NCBI GenBank assembly: GCA_949358305.1
Contig: OX442314.1
Location: 33,108,001-33,172,000, forward strand
Direction: 5' to 3'
Length of the DNA stretch: 64,000 bases
Source of the DNA: Strigamia acuminata
Lineage: Eukaryota
Part shown: positions 47,200-59,913 of the stretch, in pieces
Numbering within the stretch: position 1 is the first letter of the stretch
Layout of the letters: each line of letters begins with the position of its first letter
Program-made: the position numbers and the translations under genes
The notes under the pieces: model-generated
What the model was told of the DNA's origin: nothing
Seen by the model: only the letters and a program-made list of their open reading frames with translations
Database searches by the model: none

Positions 47200-50052
47200 T
47201 GTTGTGTATTTATGCTTGATGATTGTAGATTGTGTTGCTGGTCAAGAAGTACAACATGTCGGCCATCGTAAAGTTAACAGAGTGTTTATTCAAATTTTAA
47301 CAGATAGGTGGCGCTGCTCTTAAAAGCACCGAAACATTATGATTGGTCAAGATTGACCTATGGAGTAGGACACTCCAACATCCCCTTAAATTGGGAGAAA
47401 CACCAATTACACAAATCAAAGAAAGATTTAAACAATTACATTAAACACATGTATATAAAAGTTAATAAAAAACATGGTTGAAATTTAAACAAATACAAAA
47501 TGAAGTTAATTATTTTAAAAACATACACAAATATTAATTTGGTGGAAAACCAAAAAAGTCCGTTTGCTTCTTCTTTCTAACCGGTCGAGGGCTGCGCACT
47601 GTTGGAATTGGAGCACTCGAGCCAGCAATTGCAGGCGGCGATGGCGCACGAACGGGCGGTGGCGGTGCGTGCGTCAAAGCAACATTCTGTAGTGCAACAG
47701 CAGGTGGAATGGTGCGTGGCGGATCGGGCACAGGCACAGGCGGTGCAGTCGGTTGAGAAGTGAGCGAAAAAGGGAGAAGGGAACTTGTACAATCTTTCCC
47801 CCCATTTTGTGGCAACAAACTCGGATCTGCGCGGCGTCGCAACTGGTCAATGTGCCGATTCCATGTAACATCGAGAGCGACTTCGACATCGTAAGTAGAC
47901 GAGGAAGTTTTCTTTTTAACAATACCGGGTATCCGCTTGGGAGTACCCCGATAATCCCGCGCGAACACGAGGTCCCCAACTTCAAAACGGCGCGGAATGT
48001 CAATTTGGTCGACATCTGGCAGAAGTCGTGGATTCAATAAATGTAAGCGCGTCCGCATCTCACGTTGAAGGAAGGCGACAGCTGGTGAAACTTTCGTCGT
48101 AGCGTGTGGCGTCGAGCGATACGATGCGATGAAGCGAGATACGGCGTCCGACAAGGAAAAATTCAATGTTAAAAATTTGTCAATTTGGGTTTTAAAAGTC
48201 TTCACAAAAAACTCACAAAAAGTAGATACGAAGCTGCATCTAGTTGTGGGTCGTCGATTGCGATCCTCCTCGTCGCCAATTGTTGTGTATTTATGCTTGA
48301 TGATTGTAGATTGTGTTGCTGGTCAAGAAGTACAACATGTCGGCCATCGTTGTGACGGTTACACTGTCATACACTTTGTTAGTATAGGACGATTATTTCA
48401 CCAATAGATGGCGCTGATGCGTTTTAGCGGTAAATTCAAATTTCGACAATTTTTGAGTGAATAAAATATAAATTACTATTTATATTTTATTCCACTGCAA
48501 CTTTAGACACTTTTAAATACTTTTGGATGTTTAAAAACTAGTTGATTTATTTGTCACATAATTCTATTGAATTATGTGCAAACTTTACACCTGGTGAAGT
48601 CACCCTTCATCACCCACTTTGAGTTGGACTCCTTTCGGATTATAGTCAAAGGGACTTAATCCAAAGTGTGTCCTGCGTATCCAGTTCCTGTAGTGGACCT
48701 AGTAGAAGACTATGTCCTGAGTATCCACTTCCTGTGATCTAGGATTGGATGGATTTGACTGCCCAGTGATCCCATTGGATCACTGAACAGCTATTCTCCT
48801 CACCGAGTATATATCCCCCTGCAAAACGGATATAGCTCGCTCTTGTTCTTGTTTTGTTTGATACTGATATTACTTGAGCACATATTATACTTCTCTGCGT
48901 TCCGACAATCCGTTGTAGAAATACTTTGTATTTAGTGTAAGTATCTAGAGTGAGTAGAAGACTCACAGACACACTGCCCGCCTCTTCATGCCAACATTCC
49001 GTTGTAGAAATGTAGTAACTAGAGTGAGTAATTCACAGACACATTTAAGTGTAGTATCTAGAGTGGGGTACAACCCACAGACGCACTCCCTCCAGCTTCA
49101 TGCCAACATTCCGTTGTAGAGTGCAGAATCTAGAGTGGAGTAAAATTCACAGACGCATTGGTAATGTAGAATCTAGAGTGGAGTATTTATATTTCACAGA
49201 CGCATTATCAGAGTGATCGACGCGGAGTAATTTCCCGGTTACTCTCCCGCCAGCCAGGACCGAGTGGAGTAATTTCCCGGCGATGGATAACCTTTCCTGC
49301 GAGATATTTCGATTCAATTCGTTATTGGTTTGACGGAACATTTAAGTCTAACTTAGATGTTGATTGCACTCGGGGCAAAAAATAGCTCGGCGCTATTTTA
49401 ATATATTTTACTTATTTTCACAGTTTACGTTAAGTTTGTGACTCTAAAATATCATGATTAATTCCATAGAATTAATATGACTATTTATTCTCACATTGTT
49501 ACATCTCGCGGTAATTATTGATTACAACAATTATCTGCGATGCGATGTGTGTGACGATACAGAAAAGTCAACCGCACCTCTCGGATATAACCCACCCAGC
49601 CTAACCATTTACACGCCTTTTAGAACCAAACCCCGGACCATTTAGAAGCCAAAGCCATTCATAGATGACATCTTTTACGTCACAGCAATAAGACCGTTAC
49701 AAATTCTTATTGCATGACTGAAGCCTTCAAATGATATTATTTCAGGGCTTTTGCCAAATAACTGTATAGTTTAACTTATCGTCATTTTAGCCACTTGTAG
49801 GCATAGTATTTATATAAGGTTCAAACCGGAATAAATGTTATATGTTTTGAGAAAACATCAGGTTTGCATATTTTACATTTTCACACGGATAGTTCACACT
49901 TTAGTTTAGCAATTGCTATCTCCAGAAGGTAATCGTCACATCGTAAAGTTAACAGAGTGTTTATTCAAATTTTAACAGATAAGTGGCGCTGCTCTTAAAA
50001 GCACCGAAACATTATGATTGGTCAAGATTGACCTATGGAGTAGGACACTCCA
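47200..50052 (-). mobile_element. Internally deleted mini LTR element (TRIM-like, Mag/K02A2.6 Gypsy derived): LTRs at 47200-47380 and 48281-48350 + 49941-50052
   Basis: 5-bp TSD GTTAG. PBS TGGCGACGAGGA (tRNA-Ser(GCU)-type) at ~48267-48278 and PPT at ~47381. The interior keeps only an integrase tail (YRSTPHATTKVSPA..REMRTRLHLL). Removing it restores Copia KLKL|VCMSTCEAEF. Confidence 0.88.
48351..49940. mobile_element. Large solo LTR (1590 bp) inserted into the 5' LTR of the mini element
   Basis: TGTGACG...CGTCACA termini and TSD TCGT, confirmed against the uninterrupted sister LTR (GGCCATCGTAAAG). Internal TCTAGAGTG..CACAGAC repeats at ~48940-49200. Confidence 0.88.
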
Positions 50053-50631
50053 GTTAGTATGCATGTCGACTTGCGAGGCTGAGTTTTCAGCCATGGTCGA
50101 GCTGGGTAAAGAGGTCAGGTGGATAAAGAACTTTATTGAGGACCTGAACATACGAGAAGCTCAACGACCGGTCACCATCTATTGCGACAACCAACCAGCT
50201 ATTGCGTTGACCAAGGATCATGGTTACCATGGCAGAACGAAACATTTCAATCGTCGAGTCTCGTTCATTAGACAGGATATCCAGGACGGCATCTATCGAG
50301 TGGAGTTTGTTCCAACGGATGAGATGTACGCAGACTTGATGACGAAAGCGTTACCGGACACGAAATTGAAACAGGACTGTAGGAAGTTGGGATTGATTGA
50401 TTATTCAGAAGATTTGTAAAATAAGTTTATTGATTTTTCGGAAATGAATATGGGCGGCTATGTTAGAGATATATATTCACTTTACATAACAATGTGTAGT
50501 GTTAAGCATATTGTGTACTCAAAATCTATTGTTACATTAAAGATGTCGTTATTGTGAGTGCAAACCATTTGTAAGCAGCTTAGCTACCTGTTAGCAGGTG
50601 TATTTGTACGGAATCACGAAGAGAACTTTTT

Positions 50632-51468
50632 GTGAAAATCGCTGCGAACTTCAATTTGCCGACAATTGGGCGATTTGAGATATCGGAAGGGAATCTGGAC
50701 CAGCACTGGAAAACATGGACGGATTCATTTGGTTATTATCTGGTTGCGGTAAAACAGACTGTTCCGCCGAAAAACAAAACCGAGGTGAGAAGTTTCCTCG
50801 GTCTCGTCAATTTCTGCGCGCGTTACATCCCGAATTTCGCGACGATTGCCGAACCGCTGCTTGAGGTTGCGAGGAAGGAGAACGTTTTTCGTTTGGGTGA
50901 AAAGCAGAATAGAGCTTTCGAACGTTTGAAGACAGCGATGTGCGCCGCCGAAACGTTGGCGTTCTTCAAGAAAAGCGCAGAGACTAGGGTTGTGCGGTTA
51001 TATCTTATGGCGAGTGCGGTGCGGTTATCGTAAAAAACCGCAATGCATGCATCCATTTTTTAATGATTTTTATCTGTTTTTAATGATTTTTATCTGTTTT
51101 TATTGTTTTTATCCGTTTCTTAATGATTTTTATCCGTTTTTAATGATTTTTATCTGTTTGTAATGATTTTTATCTGTTTTTAATGATTTTTATCCATTTT
51201 TTAATGATTTTTATCTGTTTTTAATGATTTTTATCATTTTTTATTGTTTTTATCCGTTTTTTTAAATGATTTTTATCTGTTTTTAATGATTTTTATCCAT
51301 TTTTTAATGATTTTTATCATTTTTTATTGTTTTTATTCACAGCTCGTGGACGCGTCGCCAGTTGGGTTCGGCGCTGTGCTTGTCCAAAGACAGACAGATG
51401 GCGAGAAGAAACCAATCGCCTATGCGAGCCGGACTTTGTCGAGCGTCGAGCGAAGATACTCGCAGAAG
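50632..51468 (+). pseudogene. Gypsy (K02A2.6-like) gag start joined to an RT-connection/RNase H remnant, split by a 351-bp insert
   Basis: WKTWTDSFGYYLVA/PPKNKTEVRSFLGLVNFCARYIPNFATIAEPL...ETRV|LVDASPVGFGAVLVQ..PIAYASRTLSSVERRYSQ. Confidence 0.75.
51050..51335. repeat. ~20-bp minisatellite (TTTTAATGATTTTTATCTGT)n
   Basis: About 13 degenerate copies. Confidence 0.9.
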
Positions 51469-51469
51469 T

Positions 51470-51770
51470 TTGAATTTAATATCAACTTGACCCATGGATT
51501 AAGCCACCTCTCGCCACCCAGAGAGTACGAACCCCATTCACATTCAGACAGAAGACTTAACAAATGTGCCCTGCATATCCAGTTCCTGTCTTTCCCTAAA
51601 AAAAAGCTATGTCTTAAGTATCCAGTTTCTGTTCTCAGGGATTGGAAGGATTTTGGTGACCAGTGTTCCTATTGGAACAATGATCCCCCAGTAATCCTAT
51701 CAAAGGTATATACTTCCTTGCAACAGGAAGTCAGGCGCTCATGATTTGATATTTTGTTTTATACTGTACT
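51470..51770. mobile_element. Internal fragment of the large-LTR family seen at 25400 and 48351
   Basis: Shares TATCCAGTTCCTG, GGATT...CCAGTG.TCC.ATTGGA and TTTTGTTT.ATACTG blocks with ~48670-48870. Confidence 0.5.
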
Positions 51771-52039
51771 TGTTGGGCCCAACACAATGCTGCTGATAGT
51801 CGGAGATGGCAATGTGACTCAGCCTGCAACAGTTCTACAGTAGCAACGAATACACGTGGGGAAAAAACAGGCGTTTTTCAACTCGAAAAAAAAGTCTTAG
51901 TTGTAAAACCATGTGTACAGAAATATCAGCTTGACTCCTGATCATGTGGATTACAATCCAATAGAAATAAACAACAGTTTCAATTAGCCTCGGCTATAGT
52001 GTGCATGCCGGCTGCGAGGGCGGAGATAGCACTCAAAGT

Positions 52040-52225
52040 TGTGGAGACTAAACTGGAACTCAGCAGCGCGTGTGGGCGGATTAGCTGAACTTATTTCGGA
52101 ATTTTTTCCCGACTTTCGACACTACTGGTTGCTGGAGATCACAGCCGCTCATTTTAGTGTATTTGGTTTAGCGCACCGGACAAACAACAGTCTGGAGTCA
52201 TGGCATTCATCTGTGCGACGCTTGG
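52040..52225 (+). pseudogene. MULE transposase C-terminal fragment
   Basis: FRHYWLLEITAAHFSVFGLAHRTNNSLESWHS matches the W...SV...RTNNxxExWH motif. Confidence 0.65.
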
Positions 52226-54929
52226 AAAACACACACTTCCTGTCCAATTCGTGGCCACCTTATTACAGGTCTACCACACAGCTCTGTGGTTACCTTTGCA
52301 CAACCGTTGCATGGTCTGGAGACGCAACAAGTGCAATGAAAGCCGTACTTGCTGAGCGATGTGTGTGTGAAGTTCGAAGACCTGTGGTGATCTCGATGTA
52401 TTTGCAATAAAAAATGTCACCACTTAAGAATATTTAATATTTTATTTTGTAATTCTTAATTCACTTGGTTTGGCATGGGAAAAACCAAGTCATGTAACCA
52501 AGGGGAGTAAAATCCCTAGGCACATCTCACCCAAATTTGGCTGGGGTGAGCCCCTAATTAGCCGTTTCGGTGCAACAATTCCAATTATCGGTGCAACAAT
52601 TCCTATTATCGGACAGCATACTCATGACAGATTTTGAGCCATTGAATCAGCATTCCAATTTTGCACTGCAGTTGCGCTTTTCTGAAACAACAAGCTGTTG
52701 CTGCGTGCGCACCTTCCGTATTGCTTCGCGATTGTTGTCGCCCTCTTTATTTTCATTCCCATTTATCCCTAGTTTAGTATTAATTCATTAATCTTTATTT
52801 ATTATTGTAAATTGCCCAATATATTATTGTGTGTTCCTTTTTACTTACCTTTGTGTTTATTTAATCTTTTTACCCCTAGACATTTTGCAGGCCAGATACA
52901 AGTCTTAAACGGCATTCAACCTGCGTTCAATTACAATTAGCGATTAGCATAGCCATTAATTATATGACCCGGATCGCAGCAGACCATACGCTGAACGAAC
53001 TCGAGTTTCTGAAGGCTATGGCCAACTGTGTTTCCATAATGAGGGAATGGTTTTCTTTGCATTGCTGGTCTCACCACCTCTTGAGCCGCGAATCCCACAG
53101 CTGAACATTTATTTAGCACATGTGTCTGTCGATCGCCCCAGAGATTTGGTTCAACTTAATTAAAAGAGAGAGAGAACCGTCTTTCAAATGATTTCTCATT
53201 TGGTTTAATTGAATTACACATTAGTTATCAGCATTTGTTGATTCTTTTGAAGACTCTTGGGCATTGAACTTTTGTTCTTATATTAAAAACATTATATTTC
53301 CTGATATCAAAGACCACAGTGCTATACTCAATACAGATAAATATACCGTAAAGCATTTCGTGATATCACGGCGACAAACAATAATTCAGAATGTTTCAAT
53401 AGTGAGATGAAACATGATGTCAACTGGGAGGAACATGTGTTTGTTATCTACAATTTTCAATGCTACTTCCTATCTTAATGAGTTCCAAAAAAAAACAGAA
53501 ATGAATTGAGCTAAGTATTTTGGACAACTTGATTGGAATTGAGAGTAAAATAACTCTTATGTGCCCTACGTGGTTCAAACAATCATTCGACGTTTCTTAA
53601 AAGAGACCTCACACTAGCTGGGAAACTGTTAAAATGCTTAATGTGCGATGAAGCTCTAAATAAGGAGTTACTGTAATTTTGGCTTGATTATAAACTTGAA
53701 GCAAGTAGTTACATACCACCAAGACTTGCCTAGAAGTCAGCACTCACCTGTTGCTTATCAAGTTAGTCTAACAAGTAATTTGCAGCATTTCATAGATGAA
53801 TTACACCATTACTACTGGTATTGAGAAACGTACTTTTGAATTTTTTAATAAGAAGATTTATTGCATTTATAGTGTCCCACATTTATTCTCATTCACATTC
53901 CAGGCACCCACGGCTGAACCCAATATAGGCTTTAATTACTATGGATACTATGGGTACTATAGGTAGATTTTGCTAAAAACTGGTAGGTGTGATCGCTGAC
54001 CAGATCACTGAGCTCAGAAGAAGTCCATATGCCTAGAGGAGTGTTGTAGTACTCTACTATAGGGCAGAACGATGACCATTTTCTTGAGGGATCGTTCAAT
54101 AGAATTATGAAGCAAGTAAGCAAGTACCACTTCCAAGTGCCTCTTTGTGAGTTTCCACAATGCGCTGTTATATAGAAGGGTACTTTAAAGGGGTAGTTGA
54201 GTAGGACATGTTCAGTTTACTCCTGCTGGGCAGGACAATTAATCATGACCTCAACAGCAAGCGTGACAAAAAGATTTTGGGGACATTGCAACGACTGCGT
54301 TCTATTGGAACAAAATTTCACTCGGCATCATTTGCTGCTTGTGCCGAAATCAAATAACGCTTGATATAAGTTTTTTATTCTTTTTAATTTTACCTAGGAC
54401 GATTAGCTAAATAACTAATATATTGTTTATTTTTTTAGTTGGATCATTCAATGATTCTAAACATTCAAAACGGAATCAAAGTACGGAAAATCGAAACAGA
54501 CTCGACGCAGAGGAGTATTTTTTTTTCATTTGTTTTAATTTTAATTTATTTGCTTTTTCGTCTAACTTTTTATTTTTGATTATTCAATTGTTTTGTTTTC
54601 TTGTTAAATAAATGCGTCGAATGAATGAACGAACAAACGAACACACACACTGACACAGATATAAGCACATTTTGATTTTTTCTAAACTATGTATGCAGCA
54701 TTACTGTTACAGTTACGCAAAAATAACGTGTGCATCACTGCTTAATAATTTTTCCAATTTGAGTGAGTGACGAACTAAACCACTGAATAAAAAAGAGCTG
54801 CAACAGTATACGTGTTGGAAAAACTGGAAAGTTGGTTCAAACAGCTGCATGCCCCACTGCCAGAGAACCAACAACGAATTATTAAACCAACACGCCCGTA
54901 ATCTCAACTGCAATCAAAATCAATGCAAT

Positions 54930-57900
54930 GGATTCAGAAAAGAAATATTTTTTACACGGAAACCGTAAAATCCGAATTGTGTCCTTTCCCTAACTTCCCT
55001 GCATAAATAAAATTTTTATTTAATGGATTTGTTAAGATTTTTTAAACATTTTTGTCATTTTCTCCTACGCACTTTCTTCGCCGCATTTAATCCAAGCAGA
55101 CGGACTCGCGCCAGCTGTTTCGCCAAACACCAAAATGAGTGTGAATGAGTGGGGCTTGGATGCCCCAGAGAGGGCTTGGACCGGCTAGAACAGATATAAA
55201 ATACATTATAAATTTCATATATTTATAGGTATACCCAATGCAACAATGCAATACACACAGTACGTTTGCAGCATGGCAATTAAACAAACGGTACGTTTAG
55301 GGCCCAGTGCCCAACACCGAACTGCCCTAACATAATATTTGTAACTTTGATATTATTTTTTTTAAAGATTTTTGTTTAATAATTTCTGCTGTCTTTCATG
55401 CTCTTGATTGTAAAGATGAAGTTTTATTGTTGGATGGAGAATCAGGAAGCGACCAGTTAGTAGCGCTGAATTTGCATAAGTGTTTTTATTCCATGGTCGA
55501 AATATACAGGAGGCAAATTAACATAAAAGAAAATGGAGTGTCCAGTACTCCAATTTCTGTTTTCTTTAAGTGAGCTGATAAAATATTTGAACATTGTAGC
55601 TCGGACCCAACAGTTTTATAATAGTCCACATCCATCTAATGGCTTCGACTTAGACCTAACGATTAAGGTAATAATTGCTTCATCTCCTCAAAGTTTCAAG
55701 CAAAGAGTAAGCATGTATGCTGCATACAGTATTAACTATTAATTATGGTCATGGTGTGAATTGCACGGTCCACATCACCATGTCTCTTACCCGATGAATC
55801 AAATTGCAAATGACTTTCAGATACTGCATCAACTGTATCAAAATGGACTAGGCATGTATTGACAACAAATAAGAATTGACAAACAACCTCACAGGCAATG
55901 TGGTCTATAAGACCTTGTGCTCAGTGGTGGTTTTATGGATTGAGTTGCATTAATGTGGCCCCATGCATTAGCAAATGGACGGTGGAAACATTGAAAGAGT
56001 CTTAATCTCTAACCACAATTCTTTGAATCACCAACAGTCTCTGTCCACTCATTTTCCGTTTGCTTTTGCAGATTGCAGATTGAGAAATTACGAAATATCA
56101 ACATTCAAGCTGGGAGCAAACATTAATTAGATAATCAAGCAAATGCATCTAGACTTAAAACATTTGCTACACACCAAGCCGCCGTCTGTGAGTAAAAAGG
56201 GAGAAGACGCCGTCCCGCCATTTTCGCGGGCAATAAAGTCGTAGTGCGCTTTTTCATTATTTCCTTTGTTTACATTGTTCATTTATTTTTTTTGTTATTC
56301 GTATGTAATACCAGAGGACGTAGTTGATTGTAATACGTCACTCTGACGCTTTTCTTTTCCTGTAGGTCGTCGCGATGATGATTCGAGTTGTTCATTAAAT
56401 GAATTTCTCACATTCAGACCGTTTGGAAGCTTTATTATTTCGTCCTCAGTCCCCACAAATAGAACATTATTTTCAATTTTTTACTTTTATTTTTGCAATT
56501 TTTTAAATTTATTTTTACATTATTTTCTAATTTATTTTTAAAATTTTTGAATTTTTTTTGCAATTTTTTAATTTATTTTTCATTTTTTAACTTTTTTGCA
56601 ATTTTTTTAAATCTATTTTTCATTATTTTGTCATTTTTGAATTTTTTTTTTAGAAATCAGCACTACACAATTAGCCAACCTAATAGATGGAACAACTGTC
56701 AAGAACAATTCGCAGACAAACAATGCAATCGAAAGCAATGCCTAGCATCATAACACATTTTTAAGTGTAAAGATTTCTTATAAGATATTTTAAAGATTTT
56801 TGTTTAATAATATTCATTTCCTTTAGAAAGAACATGAAAGTCTAACCACACAGGTCCAAAACCAAAATTAATAAATGTCATCACGAACATCAGAATTTAT
56901 TCATCTACCACCAACTGATCAAGATTAAAGATTTCGAGAGCCTCGATTTAGTGCTCAACACAACGATGTTGGAGTTACAACGAAAAGAAGGATTTTGTCC
57001 AAGTGGATTGTAAAGTTACTAAGTAAGAAGGGCAGGCAATTTCATTTCCATTGGATGCAGAAAAGTAAATTCCGAATTGTGTCCTTTCCCTAACTTCCCT
57101 AGCATAAATAACACATTTTTATTTAATGGATTTGTTAAGATATTTTAAAGATTTTTGTCATTTTTCCTACGCACTTTCTTCGGCGCATTTAATCCAAGCA
57201 GACGGATTCGCATCAGCTGCTTTGTCAAAAACCAAAATGAGTGTGAATGGACCGGCTTGAACAGATATAAAATACTTTGAATATTTATAGATGTACTCAC
57301 TGCAACAATGCAATCCGTATAGTACTTTTGCAGCATGGCAATTAAACAAACGGCACGTTTAGGGTCCAGTGCCCATCACCGAACTGCCCTAACATAATAT
57401 TTGTAATTTTGATATAATTTTTTTAAAAAATTTTTGTTTAATAATTTCTGCTCTTGATTGTAAAGATGAAGTTTTATTGTTGGATGTAAAATCAGGAAAC
57501 GACCAGATAGTAGCGCTGAATTTGCAAATCAACATACAAGACAATGGAGTGTCCAGTGAAACTGTTTTAGCAAGGATTAAAGCCACATGCATTTTGAGTT
57601 CAACCCAGTCTTCTTATTTACAGTTTTTCATGCCATGTATGCAAAGTCCAAAACCGAAATTGCCTTGCACACATTTATAATTAAGTGTTTTTATATTCTG
57701 TTTTGGTCTTTTATCTTATAAATGCCAACAATAACAACAAACGATCTTTGAATGAACCAACAGTCTCTGTCCAGTCATTTTCCGTCAAGCGTTTGCTTGC
57801 AGTATCCTGAGACAACATGACGGATTGAGAAGGGCAGTCATTTCCATTGGGATTTTGTGGAGAAGTTTGCGACGAAATATACAACAACGGGAAAAGAAAT

Positions 57901-58690
57901 GAGCACTTTTAACATGCATTGTTCCTACTTAGCAAATTGCATCTGTCGCAGATTGCTTCGCGACGAAACTGAGAAGAACAAGTTTCAAACTAAAATCCAC
58001 TGTGGTCTTCCCCTGACCACCTAACGCCCATCCGTCACTCGTAAAAGCCACCTTTGAATGTACAAGCAAGAAGCAACATTTGCTACACACCAAGACGCCG
58101 CCCCGCCATTTTCGCGCGCAACAAGTCGTTGGCGCATTTTCATTAGTTCCTTTGTTTACATTGTTCATTTTTTTTATTTTCTAAAAATTATTTTCAATTA
58201 TTTTCTTTTTCTTTCAATTTTTGAAATTTATTTTTACATTACTTTTTAATTTTTTTGCAATTTTTTAATTTATTTTTCATCTTTTAATTTATTTTTTAAT
58301 TTTTGCATTTATTTTTTTTTTTAAATTTTTAATTTTTTTTGCAATTTTTTAAATCTATTTTTAATTATTTTGCAATTTTTTTCTTAGAAATCAGCACTGC
58401 AATGAACCAACCCAATAGATGTAACAATACAAAGTACCGGTATGTGTTATACAATCTAAGAATGGAAATTTGTACCGAGCAGTGGTTCGGACGAGGTGAA
58501 CAATGAATTTAATAACTGTATTTTGTATTGCACGGGAAATATTGAGGACGTTCTTATGTTACATGTAATTTTAAATTTTTATTTCAATTAATAACATATG
58601 GTAACTTCTAACCAAAACCCCCTGAGATGTCAAGACACGATTAACAGACAAACAATGCAATCTAAAGATATGCCTAGCCATCATAACACA
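54930..58690. repeat. Diverged tandem duplication (units ~54930-56760 and ~57050-58690)
   Basis: Colinear anchors: TCCGAATTGTGTCCTTTCCCTAACTTCCCT (54971/57071), AATGGAGTGTCCAGT, CCAACAGTCTCTGTCCA, CATTTGCTACACACCAAG, TAGAAATCAGCACT, AGACAAACAATGCAATC. Confidence 0.85.
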
Positions 58691-58769
58691 TTCAATAGAA
58701 TGCAATCTAACAATACCATACATTTTGCATTAAATTTTGTATCAGGTAAATGCTACACTTATTTAGGGG

Positions 58770-59530
58770 AATGCAGTCTTACAGAACCCAAAACATTTGT
58801 CAAATAAACTTCAAAACCCATAAAAAGAACAACAAGGAAATTTAAAAAATAAATCAGAATCCAAATTCCAAACACCAGAGCTCTCATTCAGCACCACCGT
58901 TAACAGTGGCCCAGGGACAACCACGAGGAGGCAGAGAGTTGGATTTTCTGTCCCCAAATAAATTTTATATATACTGATACTGTATAAAACAACCATAATA
59001 AAAGAACGGTAAAGATAAGTAAAAAAAATTATACTTGGATGAAAAGCTTGAACAAAAACTTGCCGTCAACGTGGCCAACATAAAAATGGCGGAACGAAAA
59101 ACAGCGGAAACAAATGGAGCATTTTAACCCCAGATGAATCGATCAAAAGTTTGCGAAAACATTGAAATAAGATCGCTGCGAACCTGATGAACGTTCCCAC
59201 ACACAATACTGGATCCGATGGTAAACGATTCGGATGATATCCGGTAGAATTCCATTAAAGTATGAGCAGCCCAAAACGACGCCATGTCCACACTACGAAA
59301 GGAAGGAGAACTGAATCATGGGATATATATGATGATTGGTTGTATTGGTTGTATTCAAGGTGTCATTACTTCTCAACACAGTGCACTTTGATCAACTTTC
59401 ATTACGTAAAAAATTGCGCAATAATACTGGCTTGACGAGTTTGATAAAACCCGAAAAGACAAACCATACACAGAGCTTGACAAAAAATTTAAATTTCGGA
59501 TTGTTAAATTGAATTTAAAAAAACCTAATT
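58770..59530. repeat. Diverged dispersed duplicate of 29540-30550
   Basis: Same colinear blocks as listed for 29540-30550. Confidence 0.85.
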
Positions 59531-59913
59531 TAAGGATAACTTTTTATTCCCATGAATATTCTATACAACGTGAATAGTGATTTTTATGCTCAATTTTAAT
59601 AATCTTTCTTTTAGGTTTTTTTTTTTTGAGAATTTTTATCAAGGTCGGTGTAGTGAATTATTGTGTGCTAAAATGGCCAGACCAATTGAAAAACTGCATT
59701 TTTGTTTGCAAAAATTGGTCAGAACAGTTGAGAAATTGCATTTTCATGCAAAAATAATGTCAGACCAAATGAAAAATTGCATTTTTATGCAAAAATAATG
59801 TCAGAACAGTTGAAAAACTGCTTCTATAGGTGCAAAATTGATTCTCACAGGTGAAAAACTGCAATTTCAGATCCACAAATGTTGTTTCTAGATAACAAAC
59901 TAATTTAATATTA

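Larger units (their letters stand above)
35199..50596 (+). mobile_element. Decayed Ty1/Copia retrotransposon lacking its 5' LTR, split by two nested LTR elements
   Basis: Domains in Copia order: gag EKLNGRNYPTW, CCHC CWNCGRLGHRYSEC, protease WYMDSGASSHM, integrase (LWHCRMAH, HVDLCGP, LRSDNGTEF, NGVAER; 44794-46167), RT (IYVDD; ~46170-47199), RNase H (STCEAEF..YCDNQPAI..ADLMTKAL; 50058-50419). Then PPT-like GGGCGGCTA and a TGTTAG.. 3' LTR from 50461 (end approximate). Several stops and frameshifts. Confidence 0.9.

Noticed and set aside
53860..54350. LINE ORF1-like Cys/His remnant
   Set aside because: Only a vague Cys pattern with many stops; not supportable.
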